Notes: generated by a model from the sequence alone, not told the origin. A DNA stretch of 64,000 nt from the human T2T-CHM13v2.0 reference genome, Homo sapiens (GCA_009914755.4 CP086569.2:768001-832000); one strand, 5' to 3'. Shown: positions 37,504 to 56,292, counted from the first letter of the stretch. A program made the numbers and translations.

Positions 37504-39219
37504 TCCATTTAAGGTACATTGCACTTGTCTCCAAAATGCAAATGGAGGTGAAGTCTGTATACTGACCTGGTTTCCCTATATTCATTGTAAACATTTTTGT
37601 TAAACATCTACATCCCTGCCAAGAATTTTAATTGTCCTAGAAATTACACATGGTAACTTAAGGTTATAAAAATCTTAGTAAAATTAAAACGTAGATCCCT
37701 CTTCAGGAAAAAGAAACAGAAATCTCACTCAACTCTCAGGCACGGATATTATTGAAAAAGCAAACCACATAGTTATATGTAATATTTTAAATAAGAACCA
37801 TCTGCCTATAATAAAGCTAAAATAAGACAGAGCTCAGATAAAACAGAATATTCCTTTATTAAAAAAAATGTTTGCAAGAAAAGTTTGCATGTCTAAACAC
37901 CTCCCAAAATACTTGCTTTATAATAGTTAATATCTTTTGTATTATACCACGTTGGAGAAAGTTGCAGGCATTAAAATTCAGCGCATTAATTTTCTCTCCC
38001 TGAAAGCCTTCTGGCCAATTATAGACAAGCTCACGGGGCCGACACGTGGGTAAATTCACTTAGTCTCCCTATGTAGGTATTTCTGCTTTCTGTAATACAC
38101 CATGTGGCATTGATACTATTGATCTCATGTTATTAGATATATTAAAACTCCAAAACTACTTTGGAAAATATAATCATTCTGCAAGTTTTCAGAAACTTAA
38201 GAACTTGAAAACCAACAGCAACCCACACCCTTGAACATTTGGCAAAATTGAATTCTCAGTTATGAATAAGATTGTCTCTCGTTTTCCCCAGAAAAGCTCA
38301 CAGAAACGTCTGCCCGTTTCTAGTAACAGCTGGTAAACCCGACCATAAAAGTCATTCCTAGAAGCAGCACTTAAAGGGACAGTATTGTCTTTGGGATAAA
38401 ATTTCTTCTGGAAAAAAAAAAAGTGCTCTAGGAAATGTTTGAAATATCTCCAAAGAGTTGATTGATCCATATGCTGGGAGTTAATAATTTCTGTGATGTA
38501 AAGTTATCGTGGCATATGAAGAAAAAGGAAAACGGAACCAGGAAAGCATTTTAAATTATTATAATTATATCTGTCCATCACAAATTAAGAGGAAATTGTA
38601 AACCCTCCCGAAATAGAGGGGGAGCTGCTAAAATCAATTCCTCATTTTCTTCTGTTTCTCTCACATTCAAACTTCAATGAACAAAGTCTCGGGGCTTTGA
38701 AAAGTCAAATTGAATACAATCCAATTAGGATGAATTTGGCCTTTCATTTGCGGTTCAGAGCTGTGTTTCTATGACCGGGTTTATGAACCCAGAGAGATCG
38801 TACAAATTAACCTTAATTACACGGTGTTTGGGGTAACCATATAAACAGCAACCTCTTCAATGGGCTTCATGTTTGCAAATGTGCCAATGGTAAGAGGTGG
38901 GCTCCACACGGGGGCAGAGGGTTGTGTCCAGAGTCTGATCTCTCCTTTGGCATCCTCAAGCAAAAGGTTTCTGGTCACAACTGCAGCTTTCTCAGGGGAG
39001 CCACCTGGTTTCTGAAGAGGGCTGGCCCAGTATGCTCTGGTGACCTTCGGGGGTTGGGGAGAGAGACTACCCTTCACATCTGTGTTATGTGCTTCTACAG
39101 CCTCCTGCCCTGGGGTCATTCTCCTCCCTGCCCTTCTCAAGATGCTCAAGAACCCATCCATGTGCCTTCTGCTCTAAGACCGTGATGAAGGGTTCTGTTT
39201 AATGCAGCAAACATATTGC

Positions 39220-40548
39220 CATCCGTTCATCCATTAATGCACTGATCAATCAATTCATTGATCCATCCATCCACTCATCTCTTTACCCACACATCCACTC
39301 ATCCATTTATTTATGTGTCCAGCCACCTATTCACCCATCCACCTACCCATCCATAGACTCATCCACCCATCCATCCACTTATCTATCTATCCATCCACCC
39401 ATCTGTCCATCCATCCATTCATCCACCCTTCCATCCATCTGTCCATCCATTAATCCATCCATCTATGTACCATTCCACTCATCCATCCATCCATTCATCC
39501 ATCCACCCTCCCATCTATCTGTCCATCCATTTATCTACCATTCCATCCATCCATTCATCCACCCACCCATCCATCCATTCCTCCACTCTCCCATCTATCT
39601 GTCCATCCATCCATCCACCCACCCATCCATTCATCTACTTACACATTTATCTATCCACCCATCCACTCATTCATCCATATTTCCACCCATCCATCTATCC
39701 ATTCATCCATCCACCCATTCATCCACACACACACCCATATATTCATTCACTCCCCCGTTTATTCATCCATTTATTCATCCATCCACTCACCCACCCATTC
39801 ACCCTCCCATCCATCCTTCAATCCCCTCATCCATCCATTCATTCAGCCAGACAGCCACCTACACATCTATCCATCCATCCATCCATTCATCAATCCATCT
39901 ATCCATCTATCCATCCATTCATCCATCCATTCATCCACCCTCCCATTCATTCATCCATCCATCTATCTAGCATTCCATCCATCCATCCATCCATCCATCC
40001 ATCCACCCATCCATCCATTCATCCACCTTCCCATCTATTCATCCATCCATCTATCTATCATTCCATCCATCCATCCATCCACCCTCCCATCTATCTATCC
40101 ATCCATTCATCCATCCACTTATCTACCATTTCATTTATGCATCCATCCATCCACCCATCTATTCATCCATCCAGCCACCTCCATCTATCCATCCATCCAT
40201 GCATCCATTCATCCATCCATTCATCTACCCTCTCATCCATCCATCCACCTACATGTTTATCCATCCATCCATCCACTCATTCATCCATCTTTCCACCCAT
40301 CCATCTATCCATTCATCCATCCACTCATTCATCCACCCACATGCCCACACATTCATTCACCCTCCCATTTATTCATCCATCATTAATCCATCCACCCACC
40401 AATTCACCCTCCCATCCATACATCCATCCCCTCATCCATCCATTCATCCAGCCAGCCAGCCACCTACCCATCTGTCCATCCATCCATCCATCCACCCATT
40501 CATTCATCCATCCATCAATCCATCCATCCATCCGTCCATCCTTCCTTC
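39220..40548. repeat. (TCCA)n/(CCAT)n/(TCAT) compound microsatellite, ~1.3 kb, pyrimidine-rich on the plus strand
   Basis: ccatccgttcatccattaatgc...catccatccatccattcatccatccaccc... ORF-track proteins have an HPSI-only composition. Confidence 0.95.
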
Positions 40549-40989
40549 ACTCACTGAGAGATGAACGAAACATACCCCTCTGCCCAAGAAGAGCTCACTA
40601 TCCCCTGGGGAAGCTGATTATCATGGAGGTGTGTGGGCAAATTGAATGACGCCAACAAGGTCATTGGACACAGAGGAGCAGCCCCAGAAGCCGTGTGGGA
40701 GAGGGAGAATCATGAAGCCATAACCCAGTTTGAGCCACTTAAAGAGGACTTCTGCAACATAATCACGCAAAAACAGGTAACTTCCAGTGGGCGTCCCTTA
40801 CAGTATCCCCATCAGGGAGGTACTATTTGCAATTTTACAAGATTGATTTAAAATAAACCTAAGGAAACCGCACAAGCAACCAACAAACAGGTGTCTCCTT
40901 GCTTTCAATGCAGCTAAGGTGTCCTTGAGCCACAATGAGGATGCCCTGCCTTTATATTCAGCTGTAGGCAGCACGTGACGATGGAAGCC

Positions 40990-42032
40990 GTCCATCTGTC
41001 CATCCATTCATGCATCCATCTATCTACCATTCCATCCATGCATCCATCTATCTACCATTCCATCCATGCATCCATCCACGCATCCATCCATGCATCCATC
41101 CATCCATGCATCCATCCATCATCTATCTACCATTCCATCCATGCATTCATCCATGTATCCATCCATGCATCCATGCATCCATCCATCCATTCATGCATCC
41201 ATCTACCATTCCATCCATGCATTCATCCATGCATTCATCCATGTATCCATGCATCCATGCATCCATCCATCCATCCATCCATCCATCCATCCATCTATCT
41301 ACCATTCCATCCATGCATCCATCCATCCATGAATCCACACATCCATCCATCCATCTATCTACCATTCCATCCATCCATGGATCCATCCATGCATCCATCC
41401 ATCCATTCATCCATCCATCTACCTACCATTCCGTCCATGTATCCATCCATGCATTCATACATGAATCCATGCATCCATCCATGCATCCATCCATCCATTC
41501 ATCCATCCATCTAACATTCCATCAATCTATCTACCATTCCATCCATGCATCCATCCATGCATCCATCCATTCATTCATCCCTCCATCTACCATTCCATCC
41601 ATCTATCTACCATTCCATCCATGCATCCATCCATGCATCCATCCATTCATTCATCCCTCCATCTACCATTCCATCCATCTATCTACCATTCCATCCATGC
41701 ATCCATCCATGCATTCTTCCATGCATCCATCCATCCATTCATCCATCCATCTACCTACCATTCCATCCATGCCTCCATCCATGCATTCGTCCATGAATCC
41801 ATGCATCCATCCATGCATCCATTCATCCATTCATCCATCCACCTAGCATTCCATCCATCTATCTACCATTCCATTCTTGCATCCACCAATGCATCTATCC
41901 ATCCGTTCATCTGTCCATCCATCTACCATTCCATCCATCTATCTACCATTCCATCCATGCATCCATCCATGCATCCATCCATGAGTCCATGCATCCATCC
42001 ATCCATCCATGCATCCATCCATCCATCCATCT
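40990..42032. repeat. (CCAT)n/(CCATG)n compound microsatellite, ~1.0 kb, same polarity as 39220-40548
   Basis: catccatgcatccatccatgcatccatccatccatgcatccatc... Confidence 0.95.
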
Positions 42033-43460
42033 TGTCTTTATCCCACCAAGACTCTACAGAGACACCCGTCTGCAGAGTGGGTAAAGAGAAACTAACTTCT
42101 CCCTGGGGCTTTCCCAAGAGGTATGGCCGGAGTGCAGACACGTCAGTTATGCAGTCAATGCTGAGTGAGTTGACTCAGTCAACGCTGAGTGAGGGGCCAT
42201 GTAGTCCACACCACGCAGTCAGCCCTGAGTGGGGAGTAAGAGGGAGAGCACCTTGAGGACAAAACATTAAGCATTGTGCACATCTTCACATCTCTCTGAA
42301 ATATGGCTTCACCCAGGATGACCTGACACCAGGACATTCTGCTCTCAGGTGCCATGTTGGTGTCATAGAAAGGGAATCAGTTAAAATCATGAACATTCCA
42401 GGCGTCCGCTTTTATTCTAAGAATATAGCACTCCATTTGAAAAGAAACAAGGTCCTCCACCTTTCTGTTCTGGGAGCCTTTAACTCTGGAGATCTTCCTT
42501 TGCACATATACTAGTGGGCTTGCTTCTGTCCCTTTCTGGGTATCTCCACACAGTCGCCCTTGGAGAGACCAAACGCCTGGCAGCTGGTGTAGTTTCCTGT
42601 TGGGTCACAGAGTCTTCCTCCCCAATAGAGCCGCCGTCACCCCTCTCCTGACAGCTCAGGGCTGCTGACCAGCTCACACGGGTCTCTCCTGAATTCATTG
42701 CCCTCCCTTCCAAGCCGTGCTGTATTTTAATGTACTTTTTCAAGGAGTTTATGATCTCTGCTGCTTTCATAGCATCTGTCAAGAGTATCAAACTGTGGTC
42801 CCCTCTTTGAGTTAATAAAGCTACAGTACAATAGTGCATGGGTATCAGAGGTCTGTAGACCTTTCTCACGACTTACCAACCTGACATGAAATCATTAATG
42901 ATTACTCCACCGTCCTTGAGTTTTTAGACGGTTGCTGTATAATGATCCTTCCCTTCCTACCTTTTTCTGGTTTCTTGATGAGATGGTTATCTGGGGCTCT
43001 GTCAGGTCCTAATGGAATTCAACCGGACTGGATTCACGTTTTCCTTCCCGGCGCTGGCTCCGTTGATTTTCTCGTCATGAAATAAAATAATTGCTTTGAC
43101 AGGATTCAGGTGAGAATTCCAAACATATGGCTTATTATTTAATAATGGTTTCACCGAAGGCTCTATTAAGTAACCCAAATGTAGTCAGGTTTAGATGAGC
43201 CTTTAAATCTTCGATTTTGAAACTAAATGGTACTAATTATTCGAGTGACAAAATAAGCCAGACCTGTCAGCTTCGAAGTTTAAAAATAATACTCAGGCAG
43301 ACCCAATTGGTGAGCGGGTCTAATGGATATTGATTGATTATGTCCTGTTTCCATCCACTTCCCATTGTGTCTTAGAGGCATTTTACCTCTGGGTGTGGGT
43401 GATGGAAGAGAGGCTTTTTCTACTGAAGGCTGCTTGGTAGTGTAGACAAAAGAGAGTTTA

Positions 43461-43636
43461 GGGCCAGGTGGGGTGGCTCACGCCTGTAATCCCAGTACTT
43501 TGGGAGGCTGAGGCAGGTGGATCACAAGGTCAGCAGTTTGAGACCAGCCTGGCCAACATGGTGAAACCCCATCTTTACTAAAAATACAAAAATTAGCCAG
43601 GTGTGGTGGCGGGCACCTGTAGCCCCAGCTACTAGG
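43461..43636 (+). mobile_element. Alu SINE, 3'-truncated at about position 176
   Basis: gggccaggtggggtggctcacgcctgtaatcccagtactttgggaggctgaggcaggtggatcacaaggtcagcagtttgagacc...cacctgtagccccagctactagg, then a (TATTTG)n-like run. Confidence 0.85.
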
Positions 43637-43664
43637 TATTTTGTATTTGTATTTGTATTTTTAG

Positions 43665-44280
43665 CCATGATTGTTTGCTGTACCCATCAACCCATCATCT
43701 AGGTTTTAAGCCCCACATGCATTAGGTATTTGTCCTAATGCTCTCCCTCTGCCTGCCCCCCAATCCCCCAACAGGCCCCAGCGTGTAATATTTCCCTCCC
43801 TATGTCCATGTGTTCTCATTGCTCAACTCCCACTTATGAGTGAGAACATGCGGTGTTTGGTTTTCTGTTCTTGTGATAGTTTACTGAGAATGATGGTTTC
43901 CAGCTTCATCCATGTCCCTGCAAAGGACACGAACTCGTCCTTTTCTATGGCTGCATAGTATTCCATGGTGTCTATGTGCCACATTTTCTTTCTCCAGTCT
44001 TTCACTGATGGGCATTTGGGTTGGTTCCAAGTCTTTGCTATTGCAAACAGTGTTATGATGTACATATGTGTGCATGTGTCTTTATAGTAGAATGACTTAT
44101 AATCCTTTGGGTATGTACCCGGTAATGAGATTGCTGGACCAAATGTTATTTCTGGTTCTAGATCCTTGAGGAATTGCCACACTGTCTTCCACAATGGTTG
44201 AACTAATTTACACTCCCACCAACAGTGTAAAAGCCTTCCTATTTCTCCACATCCTCTCCACCATCTGTTGTTGCCAGTCA
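43665..44280 (-). mobile_element. L1 (L1P-type) ORF2 3' region, lacking about the terminal 85 bp of the L1 3' end
   Basis: ccatgattgtttgctgtacccatcaacccatcatctaggttttaagccccacatgcattagg...cttatgagtgagaacatgcggtgtttgg... ORF 43823-44284 is 153 aa and reads ...FAIAKTWNQPKCPSVKDWRKKMWHIDTMEYYAAIEKDEFVSFAGTWMKLETIILSKLSQEQKTKHRMFSLISGS, the L1 ORF2p C-terminus. Confidence 0.9.
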
Positions 44281-44953
44281 GCAAGTTTTTGATTCAGGTC
44301 CTCTTTCGTAAAGTTGCCAGCAGAAAAACTTGGACTTACCCCTGGTGCCCTTTGATCTCTGCAGATTCCTCTGTTATTTGGAGGACAAACAATGCCAAGG
44401 TCAGAAAACTCCCACACCTCTGTGACAGCAGGGACATTAGTGTTTAGAAAAAGATTGTCTGTTTATGGGGAAAGTGCAGTGGAAAGAAACCTCATGCATG
44501 TAGGGGTGTCTCTGTGTAGGAATAAAAGCAGCTCGGTCTAAATAGAGCATGACTTCTGCATCCTGGAAAACAGCCTCAGCTCTCTGTTTTCTTCAAAGGC
44601 GACCGTCGTCTTTGTAATCCCAGCCACACCACCTGAGTTTCCTTCCTGGCTGAGCATTCCTTCCTGTCATCGAGAACCCTGAAATAACCCCAGTCTTTCC
44701 TTGAGTCCTGGTCTCTTGTTATTAATCAGAGAAGCTTTGCAACGCACCTGCTTGGTGGCGAAGACACGCGGAGTGGCCATGGGAAGACGCCTGAGGAATT
44801 CCAAGGAATAGACATTCTGGTAGATGCTACATTCGTGCCCTGCTCCGGTGTTAATATTTTGGGATGGATCTTATAATGAGGAGTGATTCCAGTAACGCAG
44901 AGGTGTGTTTATAGCAGCTGCATACGACGACCCTCTCTCTCTTTAGCGAGCGG

Positions 44954-45454
44954 AGCTGTTACTTCCCATTCCCAGCCATTTGAGTTCCATAACCAGAGAC
45001 TTTCCAGTATTTTACCTGCCATGCACTTCCAGGGAATGGGCTGTGTTTATGTGCATAGGATATCCGCGAGCTTTCAGAAGAACCCTAATGGACAAATGGC
45101 CAACTAAATCCTCTTCCACCTTGCTTATTTTTGTGCCTGAAATGGGTGAGGCAGGTCTTTCTTCTGTATCTAGTTTTTGACACAAATCCTTCTGAATGCA
45201 ACGCTGTTACTTCCCATTCCCAGCCATTTGAGTTCCACAACCAGAGACTTTCCAGTATTTTACCTGCCACGCACTTCCAGGGAATGAGCTGTGTTTATGT
45301 GCGTAGGATGTCCGCGAGCTTTTGGAAGAATCCTGATGGACAAAGGGCCAACTAAATCCTCTTCCACTTTGCTTATTTTTGTGCCTGAAATGGGTGAGGC
45401 AGGTTTTCCTTCTGTATCCAGTTTTTGACACAAATCCTTCTGAATGCAACGCTG
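44954..45454. repeat. Two tandem copies of a ~250-bp non-repetitive unit. Copy 1 is 44954-45202 and copy 2 is 45203-45454.
   Basis: gctgttacttcccattcccagccatttgagttcca(t/c)aaccagagactttccagtattttacctgcca(t/c)gcacttccagggaatg(g/a)gctgtgtttatgtgc...tgaaatgggtgaggcaggt(c/t)tt(t/c)cttctgtatc(t/c)agtttttgacacaaatccttctgaatgcaacgctg. The copies are about 95% identical. ORF-track entries 44883-45107 and 45131-45355 are mirror duplicates. Confidence 0.95.
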
Positions 45455-47189
45455 TCTTTGCACAGAATCCCCCACCCTTCCCTCTTTTTTTCCCCCCAGT
45501 TTGAGTTCTAACGATAAATAAACAGCGCCGTTTACAAACATGCCTTTTTAATTGAGGGAAAATCTGTGGTCATCAGGCTTCAGTGCTCAGTCAGGCAATT
45601 GCCTCCTTCCTCTATAAACTCAGCTGAAAATCAATTTTATTCAGACATGTGCATGGTCCTTCCCCCCCTCCCTCACTCAGTGCCTCAAAAATACATACAG
45701 CGAAAATGAAGCCATATGAAAATGAACTGTTCTATACGAAATATCTTCCCCCTGCTTCTGGGATGTCTCTCGGTTGTGTGCAGCGCGGCCCAGCCTGCCG
45801 GCCGCATAATAAGTGAGCTATGCAGGCTCATGAATTCTCGCCTGATTTTCCTCTGCTACAAATGCACCTAGATGACAGATCAACAATTTGAATTAAACCT
45901 TTCCTTATAGTCCTACCGATTTTTTTTTAATCTCACCACGGGCCAATAAAACCATTGTGGAACATTTGTTCCTGTCCAAAAAAAAAAAAAAAAAAAAAAA
46001 AGCACTTTGATTCAAAATAAAATGCAGGCACGGTTTACCAGAACATTTTTATCTCGCTTTGAAGAGCCACCGAAGAAAAAAGATCCCACAGCTATACCTG
46101 TTTGTTAGATGGTCTAGCAAAAAAGAAGCAATTTGCCCATGCAAACTTTTATGTTTCTGAGATGCTTTTTCTGCCTGCGGTTTGAGTATTTTCACTGAAT
46201 ATGAGGGCAAAATAATTGCATTTCAGCCGTGATGAACTTTAACACACACTCTAAATATTAGAATTCCTTAGGATGTTTAGGGGAGTTTATTTTTAGTTTC
46301 CGTCCTTAAACAAAGCCCCACGCTCTGTTCTGCCACAATGTGGACTTGATTAGTTAAAAATAGCCTGGAAACATTTCTAATGAAATTAAAATAGCGACGG
46401 TCACCTCCTCTTCATGTACCCTTCAGTATTGTCTAACATGTACCTTTGTAGATTTCGTTCCCAAATAAATTAGAAGAGTCATCATCAATAAAAAAAATGT
46501 GTGGAAGATGCAAATCCCGAGATGAAAATCATTTAGCATTTTTCTAAGTTTAGAACCCAGGGAGAGAGAATAGCAGTATCTGGTTGCTTCAGAAGCTTTT
46601 CTCTTGCAGGGAATGGGGGGGACAGGGGATTTGGAAAAACGACACCCCAGACTCTATTTCCAGTCTATGCCCCAGTGGGTACAGTTGCTGGGGTATTTTC
46701 TCTTCCTGGTGTCATTGCAGGGGACGCTGGAGAGATCTTGCAAGCTGACCTCCACAAGGAAGAGCATAGGTTTTAAAGACGGAACAAAACAAGTAGGATT
46801 TAAAGATGGAACAAAACAAGTAGGATTTCTAAGGCAGTTACCCCTTTGCCTTAATTTCACCAGGCAGGGAACACTGGATACAATTAAAACATTGTCTCAA
46901 GATAAATGCACAGCTGGCTTTTTTCATCCACATGTGCACCTGCCAGGGGCTTGAGCTTGCAAATGCTGCAAATGCCGGGTTGTATTTATGCAACTGCCGC
47001 CTCCTCCCAAGCCTTTCCGAAGCCGACCTGTCCTGTGTTCAGCCCCAGCGTCTATGCTATTAGACAGATGAGGGATATTTTTCCATCATAAGCCCCCAGA
47101 CGGCACCGGATACTGTCTCCTGAACTCTCCCAACTTGGGGATCCTGGAGGAATGTTTTTAATGGATGCGGCTTGCCTGTGCATGGCTAA

Positions 47190-48760
<1,571 letters not shown>

Positions 48761-48782
48761 TAACATGCATAAAAACACGCTA

Positions 48783-49067
<285 letters not shown>

Positions 49068-49234
49068 CTATTTCCATTTCTCGACATCTGTGGCCGTGGA
49101 GTGACTGAGTACAGGCAGATGATACTCAAGAAATGTGCCTGTTGTTTATAGCAGAAGTGACTGCCATTTGCTAAAGTTTCCGTGTCCACCCAATGTGAGT
49201 ATCCTTGCAGAAGCCGCATACACTACGGAGGTCA

Positions 49235-49892
<658 letters not shown>

Positions 49893-50095
49893 GCCATATG
49901 CATATATATGTGTGTATATATACGTATATATGTGTATATGTATATATATACGTATATGTGTATATATACATATATACATGTATATGTGTGTATATACGTA
50001 TATATACATATGTACGTATATATACACACATATATATCATATATACATACATGTATATATACATACATATATATACATATATAAATATATATATA
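49893..50095. repeat. (TA)n/(TG)n/(CATA)n compound microsatellite
   Basis: gccatatgcatatatatgtgtgtatatatacgtatatatgtgtatatgtatatatatacgtatatgtg... Confidence 0.95.
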
Positions 50096-50170
50096 TGGGT
50101 TTTTTTTTTGATGTTAGAAGTTCTGACCCACTCTCATTCCTTTGATTGATTAAAAGAGACAGAGATTTGG

Positions 50171-50487
<317 letters not shown>

Positions 50488-50659
50488 TCAAACACCTCTT
50501 TTGCATAAGCAGTTTGATGTTAATGGTTCTTTAAAAGCAATGTTTAAAAATCACATAATTGCCAAATTTACTGTTTTAGCTTTTCTTTTTAATATGCCAT
50601 TTTTTTTTTTTGAAGTAAGAAGTTCTGACCCACTCTTTTTCCTTTGGTTGATTAAAAGA

Positions 50660-51018
50660 GAGATTTTGTTTTCTTTTCTTTTGTTCTTTATTATTATACT
50701 TTAAGTTCTGGGGTACGTGTGCAGAACGTGCAGGTTTGTTACATAGGTATACACGTGCCATGGTGGTTTGCTGCACCCATCCACCCGTCATCTACATTAG
50801 GTATTTGTCCTAATGCTCTCCCTCCCCTTGGCCCCCCAGCCCCAAACAGGCCCTGGTGTGTGACGTTCCCCTCCCTGTGTCCCTCTGTTCTCATCGTTCA
50901 ACTCCCACTTATGAGTGAGAACATGCGGCGTTTGGTTTTCTGTTCCTGTGTGAGTTTGCTGAGAATGATGGTTTCCAGCTTCATCCATGTCCCTGCAAAG
51001 GACATGAACTCATCATCA
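50660..51018 (-). mobile_element. L1 (L1P-type) extreme 3' end with a T-rich tail (reverse-complement poly-A), ~330 bp
   Basis: ttttcttttcttttgttctttattattatactttaagttctggggtacgtgtgcagaacgtgcaggtttgttacataggtatacacgtgccatggtggtttgctgcacccatccacccgtcatctacattaggtatttgtcctaatgctctccc...ccctgcaaaggacatgaactcatcatc. Confidence 0.9.
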
Positions 51019-51436
51019 AAGAGAGATTTTTAAGGCTGTGAAGACCTTCCCCTATTACATCAGGGCACATTGCATTAACAAGATACAACCCAGGCTCACA
51101 GACACCACAGAACGTCTCCTGAATTTCTATTTGTTTCTTCTTTTGTTTTTGTTTTTTGTTAAACTGGTCATGAAGCTCTTTCGGGGCACCCTGAAACCTC
51201 ATTCATCGGACAGGACATTAGAGCTGCAGCAGAGACTAATAAGGTTTTGCTTTCATTTTGGCAAGAAAAGGTCTGTGTCTGTCTGTCTGGTCATGGAGTC
51301 GCGGCTTCAAAGAGCCTCTGCCGTGCACTGGTCTTTGAAGTCACCATTTAGTGGATTCGTTTGCAAAACCTGCTGTAATAAATGACCACAGGCTTGAGCA
51401 TTAAAACTACAGAGACTTAGCATCTCCCTCTCCTAG

Positions 51437-51805
51437 AGACCAGAAGTCTAAGAGGAAGGTGTCTCAGGGCTGAGCTCCCTCCACAGGCTGTAGGGGAGGA
51501 TCCTTCCCACCTCTCCCAGCTCCTGGGGGCTCCAGGCATCCCTGGACTTGTGGCAGCATCACTCCAGTCTCTGCCTCCGTCTCCACATGGCCTTCTCCTC
51601 TGTGTCTGTCTCCTCTTCTGTCTCTCAGAAGGACACCTGTCACTGGATTTAGGGACCACACAGATAATTCAGGATGATCTCATCTTAAGGTCCTTTATTT
51701 AGTTACATCTGCAAACACCCCTTTTCAAATAAGGTCTCATTCACAGGTTCTGGGGATCAGGACCTGGATATACCTTTTTGGGGGGATCATAGTTCAATCT
51801 ACTTC
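51437..51805 (-). mobile_element. MLT1-family (MaLR) LTR, minus orientation, with the same structure as 12440-12860
   Basis: gaccagaagtctaagaggaaggtgtctcagggctgag...ctgtaggggaggatccttcccacctctcccagctcctgggggctccaggcatccctgg...catggccttctcctctgtgtctgtctcctcttctgtctctcagaagg...ttacatctgcaaacaccccttttcaaataaggtctcattcacaggttctgggg...gttcaatctacttca. Confidence 0.65.
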
Positions 51806-51807
51806 AC

Positions 51808-52241
<434 letters not shown>

Positions 52242-52267
52242 TATCTTGTTTCTTAAAAGGCATCTTT

Positions 52268-52588
<321 letters not shown>

Positions 52589-53663
52589 CTATGTGCACTG
52601 TTTGCAAGAAAGTCTGAAAGATAGTACGGCTTCTAAGCACTGCAAAGCATTTTGGCTGCCAGAAAGATGCTGTCAGCCCTGAGGGTTGCCACTGCTGAGG
52701 GTACAGGTCTCCCAGGCGTTGCTGATGTGAGCTGTGCCAGAGACCTCCCTGAGCTCACCTGCCTGGTGGGGCTGGTTTCTTCCTGTGCTCTCTCTCTCTG
52801 TCTCTGTGTGTGGGTCCTACCAGGCCCGGTGAGCCCTGGAATCTGCCCAGAGGTGGCAGGTAGGTGCATGACGCTCCTTGGGAGAATACACAGCCGCCAC
52901 TCAAAGCCCCTCCTTTATTCAGTCTAAGTAATAGGTCCAGTGGGCCTATAACCTGGTTTTATGGGGCTGTGGAGTCATACTGTAAATCTCACACGCCGTC
53001 CTGGCTGGCAGTCTCTCCCCAGCCTTCATTTCCCTCCCCTCCCCTGCGTCCCGAGCAAACTTTTTCCACCGTTATCCTTGCAATGTTTCTGACCCGTTGG
53101 CAAACTCGAGGGCGGCAGCGCGGGGCCCCCGTGTGAACAGCTCGAGGTGGTTTCTTGCCAAGAGAAATGCTGGGAATGCTGGGGACTGAAGTGTAAGTGG
53201 GTGATAAAAAAAAAAAAAAGATGTTCAGCTTTGCACCTGCACGGGATCCTGGGCCTGCCCACCTGGGCATCGGGGGAGAAGGAGGAGGAGGCGAGTTTTT
53301 AAGACCTCACGGGTGTTTCTCCCGGGTACGCCCAAAAGGTATTGGGAAAGGAGGTGTTCAAATGAGAACGTGTGCGTGGGTTTTCACAACGACTGAAACG
53401 TGGAAATGGTGCAAGGCTGAGCATGAAGATATCTGTCTGGTTTCTTTGGACGTTCAGCTTACAGACAAAAGTGGCATCACTATGTATATACACATATATA
53501 TTTTATATATAGTTATATAAATTTGTATATTATATAATTTACAGAATTTTATATATTAGATATGTATTATATATTATATATATTATTTCGCACCAACAAT
53601 GCTGCATGTCTGAATTTAAAACAAAAACACCTTTAAACATTTTTCTATAGTTTCAGTTTAATT

Positions 53664-54316
<653 letters not shown>

Positions 54317-55321
54317 TCAGTATACTTTCTCCCCAAGTGTGAACCATCCATTTCCAGAATGTGTCCAGCGACTTGGGACTATATGGCCTTTGAACGTCTG
54401 AACACCCTCAGTTCTCCTTCATATTCTCCAGCTCCCCTGCATGGAGATGTGGGCCTTTTAGGGTTCTTTCCACCCCTTTAGGACCTCTCTGCTAGCCTTC
54501 CATTGGCAAGGACAATTGCCAAAAGGAGGTATCCAGCTCTAACCCTGCAGAACAGACAGAGAGCCCAGTAGCCTGGCAGCCAGAGAGGCTTTCTCTAAAA
54601 CAGGCATCCCTGGCAGCCTCATTGAAATGGGAAGATTCATTATCCCATTTCCATTTAATTGTTATTTTGCCGGCAGAAAAGCCTGGAGTTTCTCTGAAAG
54701 GCAGTGATGGTGTTGTCCTTTTAGATTCCCTGGGGAATGATCTTTAAAAAATTGCGTGCCCAGCTTCCCAAGTGCCCAGCATTTGCCTTGACATTAACTT
54801 ACTCTATGAAGTACGGATGTTGCAGAGGGGAGGGCATCCAAGCCCCTGGCTTCCCGGAGAAATTGGTAAGGGTTGTCTGCAGCTTCCCAGCCTTAAAAAT
54901 ACTTGACAAGTTGACATCCTCACTGCTAAGTGGGGCTGATGGAGCCTCGTCAACCCCAGGACCCGCTGATCAGCCGTGGCAGGAATCATACCCACAGCCT
55001 TATGCGAAGTGATGAGTTGGATTTGCTTCCAGCAGGGTGAAAGCAATTGGATTTCACTTGTTCTCAATGTACAGCAAGAGAAAAGTGGGGGACTGACTCA
55101 GAGAACCCGTGTTCCCTCCATATGCAGCTCAGTCATCTCTGAAATACACTGCAAATTGTTTAAACCTTAAAAACAGAGCGGCGTGAATGTGCCTCCTGAT
55201 GGCACCGGGTTTTGATAAGATGATAGGCTGTGGCGATGGATTTCAGATGTGAGTTTCTGTGCTTGCCAAAATGCTGGGCGAAAGATGAAGGTAATTGCTA
55301 GCATTGTTGGCCTTGCCAATA

Positions 55322-55380
55322 ATCCGTCTCTCTCTCTCTCTCTCTATCCTCTCTCCTCTCTCCTCTCTCCTCTCTCTGTC
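55322..55380. repeat. (TC)n/(CTCTCCT)n pyrimidine microsatellite
   Basis: tctctctctctctctctctatcctctctcctctctcctctctcctctctctgtctctc. Confidence 0.95.
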
Positions 55381-55937
55381 TCTCGTTTTTTCTTTTTTAT
55401 TTTGCTTCAAGAATCTGGTTGCCTTAATGAGAAACTTTGCCCCTGCTAAGCTGACCTTTCACGTCTGGAACAAAACACAGCAGCTCCGCCTCAGCCACAG
55501 TGATGGGGAGCCTTGTGGACCTGAAACCTCTCGGTGGCCAAACCAGAAATGATTTTTGACAGGACCAGGCTGAATTCCCTGAGTACATTCACGGCCACCC
55601 GCCCCTCTCCTCTCCCCCTCCTTTTTTTTTTTTTTTTTTTATTTTAATGGTCCAAAATTGGCTGTTTAATATCTGAGCATGCCAGAGTCTTGGAGGATGC
55701 CAGAAATGGAAAGTTTGTGCCTGGGGTCATAGGAAGCTCCCTACCAGGTGAGGCAGCGTGATACCAGTCCCCAATGAGCAAGGAGGCAGCAGCCCTGTCC
55801 AGTGTATGAGCGTGACCTTGGGGATCTGTGTAGATAGAAATTTCCGGAAGGATTTAAGCAGGTTAGGCTCCCGCCCCGTCACCCTGTTTCACCATAGACA
55901 GTCCATAAATAAAAAAGAGATTAAAAATGTGTTTTTC

Positions 55938-56231
<294 letters not shown>

Positions 56232-56292
56232 GGGGGAAGGAAGGAAGGAAGGGAGGGAGGAAGGATGGAAGGAGGGAAGGAAGGAAGGAATT
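56232..56292. repeat. (GGAA)n microsatellite appended to the Alu tail
   Basis: tgggggaaggaaggaaggaagggagggaggaaggatggaaggagggaaggaaggaaggaa. Confidence 0.95.
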